Assembly: GCF_009834535.1 (NCBI RefSeq) | Contig: NC_045715.1 | Coordinates: 20,460,001 to 20,524,000, forward strand | Source of the DNA: Camelus ferus | Taxonomy: Eukaryota | Reading direction: 5' to 3' | DNA length: 64,000 nt | Part shown: positions 1-12,351 of the stretch, piece after piece | How positions within the stretch are numbered: position 1 is the first letter of the stretch | How the letters are laid out: every line of letters begins with the position of its first letter | Notes under the pieces: generated by a model | What the model was told of the DNA's origin: nothing | Databases searched by the model: none | The model's input: only the letters and a program-made list of their open reading frames with translations | Program-made: the position numbers and the translations under genes

Positions 1-1096
1 TACTGATTACCCTCAAGACACTCATGTCCCTTTGGGTCAGCAGTTCTGCCAAAAGCACAGAGGCTTTGCTGAGTCAGACTCCCTCATCTCACCACGTAGC
101 CTCCAACTCCAGAATGTGGCCACCTCTGCAAGGTACTGCTGGGAAGGAGGGCATGGTTCCTGCCTGTGAGGACCCAGAGACAAATGCACGATCATCTGGT
201 CTCTGGACAGTACTGAAGGTAGAAAAGGACAAGGTAAAGATGCTGCAAAAACACCCCGAAGGGAAAAATGAAGCCTTAAAGAATAAGGGAAATCCCTCCC
301 TGACCACTTCCAGGACCTTGAACTACAAGCTTTGGTGGCTGGATTCCAAGTCACATTATACTCATACTCATTATGACACTTGTAATTTGTTACAAGTATC
401 GATGCTTGTCATCTCTTCAGTGAATGTATACAGCTCATTCCAGCATGTAGGGCCAGCCCCACTCAGCTAATCCTCCTTTTTTCTTTATGAAGTCCAGTGT
501 TTAGAGAATGTTTTTAGGCATTTATTGTTAAAAAGTGGTACAACATCCAAGTGACCCCAAATGGCACGTGCTGTTACTAGGCTGGCCAGGTTGAGGAGAC
601 CGAGCAAGCATACCCCTTAAAGAATTGTGCCTGAACAGGATTTATGCCCGTTTGGGTGTGTCACTTCTCACAAGAATGTCTATGACTGCACATTCTGGTT
701 CAGTCTCCCCATCTTTATAAATGAGAATGCTTGGTGAAGTTATCCAGCAAAAGTGATTCATCATTCTCCCTACAGAAGATATTCTTTGATACCTTAATAA
801 CACACAGTTATTCTTCTAACCTAGACATGACTTTTCCTGTGGTTTATCTAAAACTCTTAACTCTAGTTTCCATATATCATCATTTTTATTTACTTTGTGG
901 AACTGATCACAAGTTGAACTTTTGTTTTATTTGTTCACTGTCTCCTTCCACTAGAATTTACTTCCTTGAGAAAAGGGATATTGGGGGCAATATATGAAAC
1001 AAGAATTGGGAAAAAAAGAATTGGCATTCAATAAACATTTTTCTTCACTGACCCTAAGATGTACATTTTCCTCCATTATATTATAGTTTAAAATGG

Positions 1097-1865
1097 AGTC
1101 TAAATGACTAATCATCAAAAAGAACACAAATAACAAATGTTGGTGAGGATGTGGAGATAAGGGAACCCTCCTACACTGTTGGTGGGAATGGTGCAGCCAC
1201 TGTGGAAATAGTATGGAAGTTTCTCAAATACCTAAAAATAGAACAACCATATGACCCAGAAATTCCACTCCTGGGTATATATCAGAAAAAAACAAAAACA
1301 CTAATTCNNNNNNNNNNNNNNNNNNNNNNNNNNNNNNNNNNNNNNNNNNNNNNNNNNNNNNNNNNNNNNNNNNNNNNNNNNNNNNNNNNNNNNNNNNNNN
1401 NNNNNNNNNNNNNNNNNNNNNNNNNNNNNNNNNNNNNNNNNNNNNNNNNNNNNNNNNNNNNNNNNNNNNNNNNNNNNNNNNNNNNNNNNNNATGAATGGA
1501 CTTGGAGGGTATTATTAAGTGAAACAAGTCAGAGAAAGACAAATACTGTATCACTTATATGTGGAATCTGAAAAATAAAACAAATCTAGTGAATATAACA
1601 AAAAAGAAACAGATGCACAGACATAGAGAACAAACTAGTGGTTACCAGTGTGGAGAGGGAAGAGGGGAGAGGGGAGACAGGGGGAGGGGATTAAGAAGTA
1701 CAAACTACTATGAATAAAATAATTAAGCTACAAGGAAATATTGTACAACACAGGGAATATAGCCAATGTTTTATAATGGAAAATAACCTACAAAAATTGT
1801 GAATTACTAAATTGTACACCTGAAACTTATATAATATTGTGCATCAACTATACCTCAAAAAAAAT
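1097..1865 (+). mobile_element. LINE-1 3' fragment (end of ORF2 plus 3'UTR), interrupted by an assembly gap
   Basis: Typical L1 ORF2 C-terminal sequence (GAGGATGTGGAGATAAGGGAACCCTCCTACACTGTTGGTGGGAATG...ATATGACCCAGAAATTCCACTCCTGGGTATATAT), followed by 3'UTR-like sequence ending in an A-tract near 1857-1865. Confidence 0.9.
1308..1491. other. Assembly gap (184 N)
   Basis: Run of N inside the L1 fragment. Confidence 1.
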
Positions 1866-4149
1866 AGTTAGTGTTACCTTAAAAATTTCAATTAAATCTC
1901 TTTCCTTTAACTGCTATAGTTGCCTTTGGCTATTAATGAAAGAGCCTATAAGAAAAATATGATACTGGAGACAGCAGAAGCCTTAAGATTTTAGATTATA
2001 ACCGCACATGAGGGCTGGATCTAAAAGTACCAAAAGTCTCCACCAAAGTTTAACGAAATTAAAAAATACCAGGTTCTACTTCTAAACAAACTGTTAAGGT
2101 TAATAGCTAGTTTTTCTTCTTAAAAAAATACTAAAGGAAATTATCATTAGATCAATGTTATATTGAACAAACAAAACCCTTCCAACCAACACTGTTATGA
2201 ACAAATATCTGAATCTAAAAATACAAAATCTGTATAACACCCATTCCCCACTTTTAGTGCAACTTTAGAACACCTAGCAGAGTTTCTTTCCTGTATTAAT
2301 TATTTACTATGTATTTGGGGATTTTTGCATGTGTGTGCACTCAAAATTATAAAACAAATCATTTTAAACTGAAATTTCAGTTTGACATTAAAACACTGGA
2401 AAGGAGGTGTTTAAAAATAAATAAATAAAATGAAGATGTGTCTTACCACTGGTGGCGATTCGTGGTTTAGTTGGCAGAGGTCTTTCTTTCTTAGGGTGAC
2501 ATAAGTGATAGTGCATCTTGAACTCAGTGTCATCTTAGATTTGACAAAATATGTATTTTTGAATAAAGGAATGAATGCATACTTTCTTTTGATGCTATTT
2601 CTTTGGTTTCGGTCTTGTTAGGAAATACAAAGAAATTAAAATTTTTTAAATAAGTGGCCAGCATGTGCTGGGTGTTCTTTTGAGAACAAGGACATGAGAC
2701 TAACTGAAATGAATGACAGAGGTCTTGCCCTGGAGAACAAGAAAACCAACAATTACATTGTAAGGTGCTATAATAGAGGTAAGTGTTAAGGTGGAGCCCA
2801 AAGGAGGGGCCTCTCTCAGTTGCCACAGACCCAGGAAAGCTTCCCAAGGGAGGGGGTAACTGACCTGACATTTATGACATGTTTATGGGCACTTTGTGCT
2901 GCTTTCACATATGTGATCTCCTTTGATCCTCACATCAGCTCGGTGAGGTAAGAAAATCATCCCCTCTTAAAAATGCAAAGGTTGAGGCTTAGAGGAGTTA
3001 AATAAATTATCCCCGAGTCACATGGAGGGTGAGTGGCAGAGTGGGGAGGGAGAAGGTGGAGTTAAACTCAGGTCTTCTGACTCCAAGATCATTCACTGTT
3101 ACAGCTGCCTCTCAGGTGATGAATAACCTTGTCTTTAATCTGTTTTCGGCTTTAAGCCAAGCAAGAGAAAACAGACACCGTCCCCATTCTTGGGGAGCCC
3201 CCAGTCTGAAAATGAGCTGTGGATACATAGACACAAATAAACCCATCTCTGTGTGTAAAATACAGAGGAAAATATGTGGTCAGTTTTGACATTTATTTGC
3301 CTTGACAGATGCATTCTGCTTTTTAAAATATTTGCAGCATCTCAGGCCCCACCCTTGAAATAACCTGAAGACTGGACACTAGCAGAGTCGCTCTGTTTTA
3401 AGCTCAGGACTCCACCCAAGGGTTTGTAAGCCCTGAGTCAAGGATGCTTCAAGGTATTTATTATTTTCTCCGCCCAGGAGAGTTTTTCAGCTTTTATGCT
3501 CTACGCACGGGAGAGGTGATGTGTGATGATTCATTTCACCATACATCGGATCTTTAATGAGGACACATACGCCAGTTACTATATGTGGCTCCGAGGACAC
3601 AGTGGAGAGTCATATAAACAGCGTCTGCCTTCAAGGGGCTGGTGGAAGCTGGTGGACACGGCCGTTACAACGATGCAAAAGTTGTGACTACACCCTATTT
3701 GGGAACCTTAACAGAAAAACTCATGGAACTCTCAGCTGTGACATTTACCATCAGCAATTGAACCATTCAGAGCAGCGAGCAAATGAGCTACAGACGTACC
3801 CACTGAGCAGAGGCATTTTCTCTCACACTGGGTCTCACAACAGACCCATTCTTCCTCGTCCTCATCAGTATTCATGGCTTGTGTTTAGCTGCTTGCAGCT
3901 GATACCCAACTTGAATGGAGCTGAGGTATAATGGAGCGTTGGATACTGGACCACAGGGTTGCAAGTATTATAAAAAGCAGAACTAACTAGTAAAGTCAAA
4001 TAGATACCAAAAACGTCAACATTAATGAAAATCAACCATTAGAAAAATCTGGATATGGTAAACCTGTTAAATTGACATGAATGAATATTTAATTTAAATA
4101 TATATTCAGCAAGGAAAAGAGATAATGGCGGGGGTAGGTACGGATGCAG

Positions 4150-4203
4150 TGACAGTCAAAAGGGCAAAGCAACTGTGGAAACAGTATCCATGGCAACCAA
4201 TAG
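4150..4203 (+). promoter_or_regulatory. 54-bp module, copy 1: TGACAG, E-box-like CAACTG, RFX X-box GTATCCATGGCAAC (4184-4197), CCAAT (4197-4201)
   Basis: Motifs read directly. 48/54 ungapped identity to copy 2 at 5096-5149. Function is inferred only. Confidence 0.45.
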
Positions 4204-5095
4204 CCTGGCCAAAGACAGGCTCCCAGACTGCCAGTATCTTTCTGATGAAATGTCTTGATGAGGCCCCTAGTGGCCAGGCCTGGGGAGCAGCCCTCTCAGA
4301 GACTGGCATCTCTCTTCAAAATAGATCGCCTACTTCTGAGTGCCTCAGGGGAAGTTGGCTGGTGTTACAGCTCATAGTGTAACACCCCAGCTCCCTCCCT
4401 GTGTTGCACTTTCTGGGCACTGAGGCCCAGCATATGGCCACAAACAGCCACCATTTTTCACTGAATCTAAGACTCCATTTGCTGTCAACATACCACTGTT
4501 TCATGCACCACTAAGAAAGAAAAACACAGTCAATTAACTATGACGTGTTATTGATTGTAAGATATACTCCCATTTAAGAGATACTAAGTGTGAAAATTAT
4601 TACACATCTTGTAATTTATAAAATATGACAAATGACCTTTGATGAGTCACTTAAAATTTCTGGAGCTTTGCTCCCTCACTAAATAAACAGCTACACCGTT
4701 CATTCATTCATTTTATACACATTCATTAAGTGCCAGCTCTGGGACAGGCACTGACTTCAGCACTGAGGCTCCAGTAGTGAGCAGGTGTCCTACTTTGTGG
4801 GATTTTTCTTCTAGTGACTGTAGGATTTCTGGTGATTTTTGCCACATTAACTGTAAGGCAGTCATTTTTTTGACTGTGAACGAGTTAACGGAGTGAAAAC
4901 AGACATCAGAAAAGAAAAAGCCAGAAAACCTGGGTTCTAATCCAGTTCTGCTCCTTAATAGAGTGTATAATCTCTCTCACCCTTAGTTTGTCCATTTATC
5001 AAGTGGGGCTATTGTTGTCTGTCCTGCCTAGATCACTGTTAAATCAAGAAAAAGTTATATTTTTGTCACAGCACAGTCCATCAAACTATATGTAA

Positions 5096-5149
5096 TGACA
5101 GTCAAAATGGCAATGCAGCTGTGGAAACAGTGCCCATGACAACCAATAG
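5096..5149 (+). promoter_or_regulatory. 54-bp module, copy 2: TGACAG, E-box CAGCTG, X-box-like GTGCCCATGACAAC, CCAAT
   Basis: Direct-repeat partner of 4150-4203, 946 bp away, with 6 mismatches and no gaps. Confidence 0.45.
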
Positions 5150-5233
5150 TTCTGTCTTCTTTCCTATCCCTCCTTGGGTCAAGAAAATTCCAGAGTTTTT
5201 CTTGTCACCTTCAGGTGTTAAGCAGTATCATTT

Positions 5234-5236
<3 letters not shown>

Positions 5237-5280
<44 letters not shown>
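5237..5280. repeat. (AC)22 microsatellite
   Basis: Perfect dinucleotide run. Confidence 0.98.
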
Positions 5281-5287
<7 letters not shown>

Positions 5288-5289
5288 AA

Positions 5290-5707
5290 TGCTAAAGGGA
5301 CATCCCAAGAGGCAGCTATGTGGGACACCTAGGGATCAACAGGTCCAGATTGAAATAGGAGTTTGGGGCCAAAACCTCAGGAATAAAGAGAATTTCTTTA
5401 CCTGGTTACAGAAGGCTACGTCCAAGAAAAAGACAAATTAATTATCGTGCATTTGAATGGAGAGGAAAACTACACTGTTGAAGGAGAATTTGATGACAAA
5501 TTTGTGATAAATTTATAGACAAGCCATCAAAGGGTCACCTAATAGATCTGCTCTGTTCTGCTATCATTCCCTAAGGCTCAGCTGAGAACCTGCTCCTTCA
5601 GCCCTCCTAAAAGATTTCAAAAGCTCCTAACAGTCTTTGTAAAATCCCTTCCTGTTTAATATACCTAGAGTAATCTCCATTTCCTGCACTCAGCCCTGGC
5701 TGATACA
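5290..5707 (+). mobile_element. Old ERVL/MaLR-class LTR remnant (5' boundary uncertain)
   Basis: 3' end ...CTCCATTTCCTGCACTCAGCCCTGGCTGATACA resembles ERVL-class LTR termini. Subfamily not resolved. Confidence 0.4.
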
Positions 5708-6010
5708 ACTTGTTATTAAAAAATAGGAAGATAAAACCAATTGAGCACTGAAATTTTGGCATCTAGGAAAAGAGAATTAGAGATTGCGAAAGTAGTGTTA
5801 AGAGACCACAGCCTTTTGTTATAAGTCTTGTAGGACTTTTTGCCTTTTAAAATTCCATGCATGTATAAGTTTGGTAAAAATTTAAAATAGTCAAATAAGC
5901 AAAAACACACTTGGGAGATAATATACAGTAAAGCACTAAGACATATACTGAGTTTTAAGAATAAGCTCCACAATCCATGCAGACTGTGCCGTTTCTTTAA
6001 AAGTGGCATC

Positions 6011-6188
6011 TGGGGGTGTGGGTATGGCTCAGTAGTAGAGCGCATGCTTAGCTTGCACGAGGTCCTGAGTTCAATCCCCAGTACCATTAAAAAATAATAA
6101 TAATAAAAATTAAAAGTTAAAAATTTTAAAAAGTTAAAAAAATTTTAGAAAATAATTCAGAGAAGAGAAGGACAGTTTCTTAAAAAAA
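6011..6188 (+). mobile_element. tRNA-derived SINE (Vic-1-like) with 11-bp TSD
   Basis: A-box (TGGCTCAGTAG), B-box (GAGTTCAATCC), A-rich tail. AAAAGTGGCAT repeated at 5999-6009 and 6189-6199. Confidence 0.9.
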
Positions 6189-7661
6189 AAAAGTGGCATT
6201 CCCACACCATGGAAAATTTGCAAATGTATAATAGGGACGCCTCTCATAAATGTATAAGCCTCTCAGTCTTTCTCTCCAACAGACAAGAAATTGTCTTCTT
6301 TTATCCCTTTCCCCTGGTACCCTGAGACTGGTATCCTTACACTTTTCGGTAAATATGACATTTCACATTTCTAGCAGACACTCAAGTCAATTTCAGTGTC
6401 CTACAATCTCCACCGTTCCATCTGCTGCTCTCCTCTCTGATTCCTCACACCCCTGCAGAAACCCAAGGCTTCCTCAGCCTGGTGCCAATGAGGCTGCTAC
6501 GGTCACAAATGAGCCTGTGCCCCTGGGGACCAAGGGGATTCAATATATTTTCAGTCTCCCTCAGTCTCAGCTTGTGCCCAGGAGAAGGCAGCTGCTCTCA
6601 GGCTTTCAGACTCTCAAGTGACTCAGCTCCCCAATTCCTGGGGCTCTGTGTGTATAAGCTCTTCGATGGCATCTTCCATGGCCAGATGTTGGTCAAGTCT
6701 TTAAAGATGACATAATCAAGATCTCCATCCTATAAACCTCCATTAGCCACCTACCAGCTGCAGTGAGCCTACTGGGGTCCTGAGGGAGACAGGCATGACA
6801 GTCGCTCCAGGCAGAATCACTCTTGAAAGCTGGTGCTATAGGAATTATTCAGAGCCCCCGCCTGCTGGTAAAGGACACTTGGCTCTCTTTGGGAGGCCCA
6901 ATAGTGAGGGACTCATGGGGCATGTGACAGGGCAGGCTGATGGCTTCTACACATCCCTGCCTCTTGTCTAGGTAAAGTCATTGCAACCACACATGTTCAT
7001 TAATCCAGTTCACTAAAGCAGGAAGCCACAATAGAGCCGTAGCTAAATGTCAGGAATAGAGTACCTTTTCCTTAATGTTATCAAATTTTCCCCTAAGGAC
7101 ATATTTTTAATGCCCCTCTTCTTTCTCCACCTTTTCTTCTTTCTCTTTCCCTCCTTCCCTCCTTCTTTTGCTTTGAAATAATTCTAGACTCACAGAAAAT
7201 TGCAAAAATAGTACAGAGATGTCCCATGCACTCTTCACCCAGCTTACTGTAATGATAACATCTCAGGTACTATAGTACATTTTCAAAAATGGGAACCAAT
7301 ACATTTCTTTCCTCTGTGCATTGAGTTACAGTAGGTAGATTTGGAACTTGACACCCAAGAAATCTCGTTCCATCGTCACTAACAAAATAGGTTCATAGTT
7401 TTCAAAGTATCGCCCTTTGAGGAGGAAGTGCTTTGAGACCAATCCAAGCCAATGTTTGTGGCACAAGACTGCAGTTTTCTGGTCTGGTTTGCTGGTGAAG
7501 GGCTAAGAATCACTGGAGAGTCAAGGAATGGAAATGTTCCTACAGACTGTCACCATAGAGATCTGAACTGATGGATGTTAGAGGATTAATTCAGGGGTAT
7601 GCCCTCATCAGGGAGGGGAGCTAAAGAGTCAATTTAGCAGTTATGGGAGAAGTTAACCGGA

Positions 7662-7752
7662 TTTTTTTTTTTTTTTTTAATGGAGGTACTGGGAGATTGA
7701 ACCCAGGACCTTGCGCATGCGCTCTACCACTGAGCTATATCCACTCCACCCC
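7662..7752 (-). mobile_element. tRNA-derived SINE (Vic-1-like)
   Basis: Reverse complement gives GGATATAGCTCAGTGGTAGAGCGCATGCGCAAGGTCCTGGGTTCAATCTCCCAGTACCTCCATT followed by poly-A. Confidence 0.9.
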
Positions 7753-7947
7753 TGCCCCGGGTCTTTTTTAATGAGGAACATATCTCACTTCAGTGGGTTT
7801 CCTAATGTATGTAGGTGGCGGAAAACATCATTAAAACAGGAAATGTCAGTATACTCCAGGCCTTGAGGGTAATCCTTATTCTTCATGGATCAAGCCCCTT
7901 CTGCAGAGATACACTATTCTCTTTTACGATGGGCACAGAAGCACAGG

Positions 7948-8890
7948 GACGCAACCGTGTGTGCTCGAACTCACAAGCACGTGTCTCCTCCAGGTGGGGT
8001 GTTCGCCGTGAGGGCCCCGCGTGGAACTCCCCGAGGCAGCAACCTGAGAGGAGACCCCGGTTTCGTCCTCCGTCGTCCGCGTCGTGGCCTCTCACCGCAG
8101 CCTCACCCACAGGGTCACAGGCCCTCTAAGCAGCCGCCTCAGAGAAGGTAAAATCCCCAGGCCCTGGGCCAGCACAGCTAAACCCCTCAACTGTTGAGGG
8201 TGAGAGTGGAAGGAAAGAAAAGGAGAGCAAGGGAGAAGGGAGAAGAAGAAGCGGCGAGGAAGGAGAAGCAAGAGGCAAGGGAGCGGAGCCGGGCAGGTAG
8301 AACAGCCGACGGAAGACCCGGTATCTCACCGAGAGAAACAGCGCCACCCAGCGGTCCAGCTCCGCCCAAGGCTGCCCGGCCCCGCCCCGGTGCGAGCCCC
8401 CGCCCAGTCCCGAGTGCCTTCGCTACCCGTGGCGGGAAAACAAAAACTCCTTAGGTAGAAGCACGGAGATGGCTGCAGCTGCTTCTTGGGTCTGGAGACT
8501 GGAGTGTGTTTGGGGAAGAAGCTTGGGAGGTGGCCTGGACTCGGGAGTTCTGAATCTGGGAGAAAAGGAAGTCAGTAGACAGGGTTCCGTGCCTGCCTGT
8601 GGTGCACCCCCGTTCCCTAAAGGTAAGTTTTTACAGTTTCCTTGCTGCCAGCCCTGTACCCGGAAGGGCACCGCGCCTTCCCCAAGCCCCCTGGATTACC
8701 AGAAGGTTCTGCATAGGAGCTGCGGGGTGGACGTGGAGCACGAGGGGGAGGGGGGAAGAGCGGGGAAGGGGCAGGGCTCCAGGCCAGAGTCGTCACCGGA
8801 ATTATTGCGGTGGAGATCAAATGAGCTCGTGGGTCTAAGTCGGCCTAAAGGAGAAATCTGAGTTGCCCTGCGCGGGAGGTGGTGGGAAGG
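7948..8890. promoter_or_regulatory. CpG-island-like, probably bidirectional promoter with no recognisable protein-coding gene attached
   Basis: Dense CpG. GC boxes CCGCCC at 8362, 8382 and 8400. ETS core CGGAAG at 8310-8315. E2F site GGCGGGAAA at 8431-8439. Consensus-like splice sites lead away on both strands. Confidence 0.65.
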
Positions 8891-11800
8891 TTCGGTATGC
8901 TGTCTCTTATTTATTGACTTAAATTTAGATGTCACGGTGAGTCATAGGGAAAGAAACAAAGACCATAAGAGACCTTGAACTGAACAGTGACTTCAGGGGC
9001 AGAGCGAGGGGAAGATGGAGATGGAACCCTGGCTAGTACTTCTAGAACTTTGGAGGCTCACACTTATTCAACAAGAGCATCAATGTTTGCTGTCATTCCC
9101 CACTGTTACCGCAGGTTCCTGGTTAACAAAGCTACGGAAAAGGGAGCCTCCTTCAGGTATTCCCCTGCCTCAGCCTGCCCTCTAGTGGAAGACCGCGGAC
9201 TTACAGGAGCGCGGGCTTCTCCACTTGCCTTTTTCAAAACGTGAGTAATCTTACCCACCTCATAGAATTACAGCGATGATAATTAATGGCTAGTCTTGGC
9301 AATAGTTGTAGCAGCGGTGCTAAATGATTTACATGGGCTATCTCATTTAATTCATGCAAATTGGGAGGCGATATTATTATCTCTATTTTATAAATAAAAG
9401 AGAGAGAAAGCTGCTCTAACCTGCTCCAGGTAAACCGCTACTACTGCCAGAATGAAATATGTTCATACAGTAAGCTGCCTGGTACTCTCTGACTCTCCTT
9501 AGTGCTGGTTCCTTCCCCTTATCTTCCCCCGGAAAGCATTACAGATGGGTTTGCCTTGTATAAAATGAAGCAAGAGAATTGGCTGCACTGTGCGTTTGCC
9601 CAGGAAGCTCCCTTCTGAACTCTAGAACAATCTCTACTCCCAGAAAAGAAAATGGGACAGGCACAAAATATTGCTGGATCTCTAGTGTGGGACCGTTTAG
9701 CTCCCGAGGTGGAATCCAGGGTGCCCCCACCTCCTAGTAGCAGGATTCCTAGAAGGGGAGGCCGACTGCCAATCAGAATGTTGCTTGGTGACCAAGAAAT
9801 CAAAATCAGGAGAGGTGGATATTTTGGGAACATTTCATCCAGGTCACAATGAACCCCAGTCCTGGAATAAATACAGTGTTCATTTATACCAGCGTTGTTT
9901 TAATCATAATCGAAAATAGCTTAAACAATAGAAAATTACAACTAGGGAAAATAAATAGTTAGAAAAATCAGACAAAACCAAGAGTTAGGTTAGTATAAAC
10001 ATCATGCCGGCAGGGAGATCACAAATTTGGAACTGAGCTCTCTAGCAGCCAATTCAAAGAAGGAAACACAGTCATTACATGGCACCCAACGTACACAAAG
10101 TAAAAAGAGTCCATAGTCTCAGGAGATGCATGGCTGTTGCTTCCCTTGAGATGAGGAGGTCCCCATGGAAGTGGTGTGATAAAGCGAGCAGCATCTCAAC
10201 GCATCCTTATCCTAAGTACAAGTTTCATAGGTTTTATTCATTTCTTCCAGTGTCCCTGTGACAGCTGGTGGTACTGTGTTCAGGCAGAATCTCTCAGAGC
10301 AAAGCAGTCTGTGTGCCTGTGCTGTTGGTCTGGCTTAAGTCAGGGAGAGATTCTAGTGTAATCACAGTATAGGTGGCATACATATTCTTTCCTCAAATTG
10401 ACATAAGAAGTTCCTTTCTCCACCCACCTTTTGATACATAGAGCATGACTGTGAGTTCAGTGTATTATACACCTGACATAGCCATTGAATGTTGCTGTTT
10501 ATAAGTAGGTTACAACAGGAAGAATATTCATAGCCAGAATGAGCCTGTCTCCCCACAGGGAGCAATTAAACAGCTCACAGTTCTTGGCCCCTGGGTCCCC
10601 CTTTCCTCGATCCCATAGAGGACACCCCCTGCTGCAGCCACATTCTTTCCTCAGATGGGGCACAGGACCATGATACCAGTTTTTCCTTCCTGAGTTATAG
10701 TCTCCAACCAGACATGCTTCCTAGTGTTACCCTTGGATTGGACTTGATTATTCCCGAATTTCCTCAGCACATCTGTGATTTCTCCCCCAGATGGTCCTCT
10801 CATTCACTGTGTGCAAATTCACCAGTTTTCACTCATGGGTGATGAACTTCCTCTCACTTCCCAGGAGGCCCATTATTAGCTGTGTGACTTTAGACTAGTT
10901 ACTAAACCTCTCTGAGCCTTATTTTCATCATTTCTAATATTGATGATGCCTACCTTTGAAGGTTGTATGGAATTAGAGTATATTGTAGTCATGGTAACAG
11001 CAGCAAAAGTTGACTGAGTTCTTATTGTGCCAAATACTATGCTCAGCATTTAACATGCAATTATTTGATTGAGTCATCTCAACAATTTTATCACATGGAC
11101 ACTCTGACTATCCCCATTTTACAGATTAGGAAACTGAAGTTTGGAGGGTTTATGCCTGGCTCACTAGTTATAGTAGTTACAACCATAATTATTCAATGTC
11201 ACGAGAAAGGCACAGGGAAGGGGAGTTCAGTGAGGGGTCAAGAAAGATTTCGGGGACAAGGAATCCTTTGCAGACAGGTTGGCTTGTTTGTTGCTTTGGT
11301 TTCTTTGCTTTCATTATAAATCTAGTATCGTATATTTATGCTCCTTGAAAAAGTTCAAACGGTGCTTGTGTTTACAAAGTAAAAAGCTGAGAAACTCCAC
11401 CACCAGGGAGTAACCACTGAAAAACATCCTGACCCAACTTTCTCCACGAATGAACTGTTTAAAAGAGATTAAGCTGTATGTCTCTATATTTTGTTTTTTC
11501 TGGGTATTTTTTTTTCTTTCCTGTTTTTTACTGAAAGGATTACTCTCAGTGTGGTTGTTTCAGCTCTTCCAGTGATTTAAATATGGACCTTCAAGTTCCA
11601 GTGGAATTTGTGGTTGCCCTTAGATTTTTAACAAACTTATTTAAAGTTGTATTTTTATTTAGCATCAAAGATTAATCAGTATCTTAAGTTTTTCCCTAAA
11701 CCAAACAAACTTTCACTGCTTTCTCCCCAGGAACCTCCCAGGATTCCCCAGGTTTTGTTCAAATCTCTAGAACTGGAATCTCAAATCTCAGTGGTTGAAG

Positions 11801-12096
11801 GGACCGTTTAATAAGCAAAGAGGAGGGTGGATGACAGGTGCGAGGGTGCTGGGTGGCCATGGGCTCAAGGGCTGGGCAGGGGGCCTGCTGCTTACTTGCA
11901 TGTATTCATTGGTTCTAAAGACATTGCACTAGTGTTGTGTGCCCAACATAGAGCCAGGCCCGGGGATGAGGGTGAGGAGCAGAGGAAGCCAGCATCCAGA
12001 GGGGCAGCTGGCCACTTGGGAATGACCTTCAGTGCAAGCCCCAGGCTCTGGTGCTAGCGACCCTTGGGTAGGGGAGTGGTCTGACTAGAGCCAACA

Positions 12097-12168
12097 GGTG
12101 CTGGGGATTGAACCCAGGACCTCATGCATGCTAAGCACGTATTTACCACTGAGCTATACCCTCCCCCC
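12097..12168 (-). mobile_element. tRNA-derived SINE (Vic-1-like), tail missing
   Basis: Reverse complement GGGGGGAGGGTATAGCTCAGTGGTAAATACGTGCTTAGCATGCATGAGGTCCTGGGTTCAATCCCCAGCACC. Confidence 0.9.
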
Positions 12169-12227
12169 AGTAAATTTTATATGATGTGTATTTTAATATA
12201 ATATAACTTTTTTAAAAGTCAGCTCTA

Positions 12228-12351
12228 GGGGATGGGTATAGCTCAGTCGTAGAATGCGTGCTTAGTATGCATGAGGTCCTGGGTTCAATCCCCAGTACTT
12301 CCATTAAAAATAATAAATAAATAAATAAACCTAATCACCCCTCCCAAAAAA
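12228..12351 (+). mobile_element. tRNA-derived SINE (Vic-1-like)
   Basis: GGGTATAGCTCAGTCGTAGAATGCGTGCTTAGTATGCATGAGGTCCTGGGTTCAATCCCCAGTAC followed by an (AAAT)n tail. Confidence 0.92.

Noticed and set aside
24-470. 148-aa and 105-aa ORFs at the window start, with faint resemblance to TRIM B-box/coiled-coil text
   Set aside because: The Cys/His ligand pattern is not recoverable in any single frame and there are no convincing splice sites. I cannot support a gene or pseudogene call without a database search.
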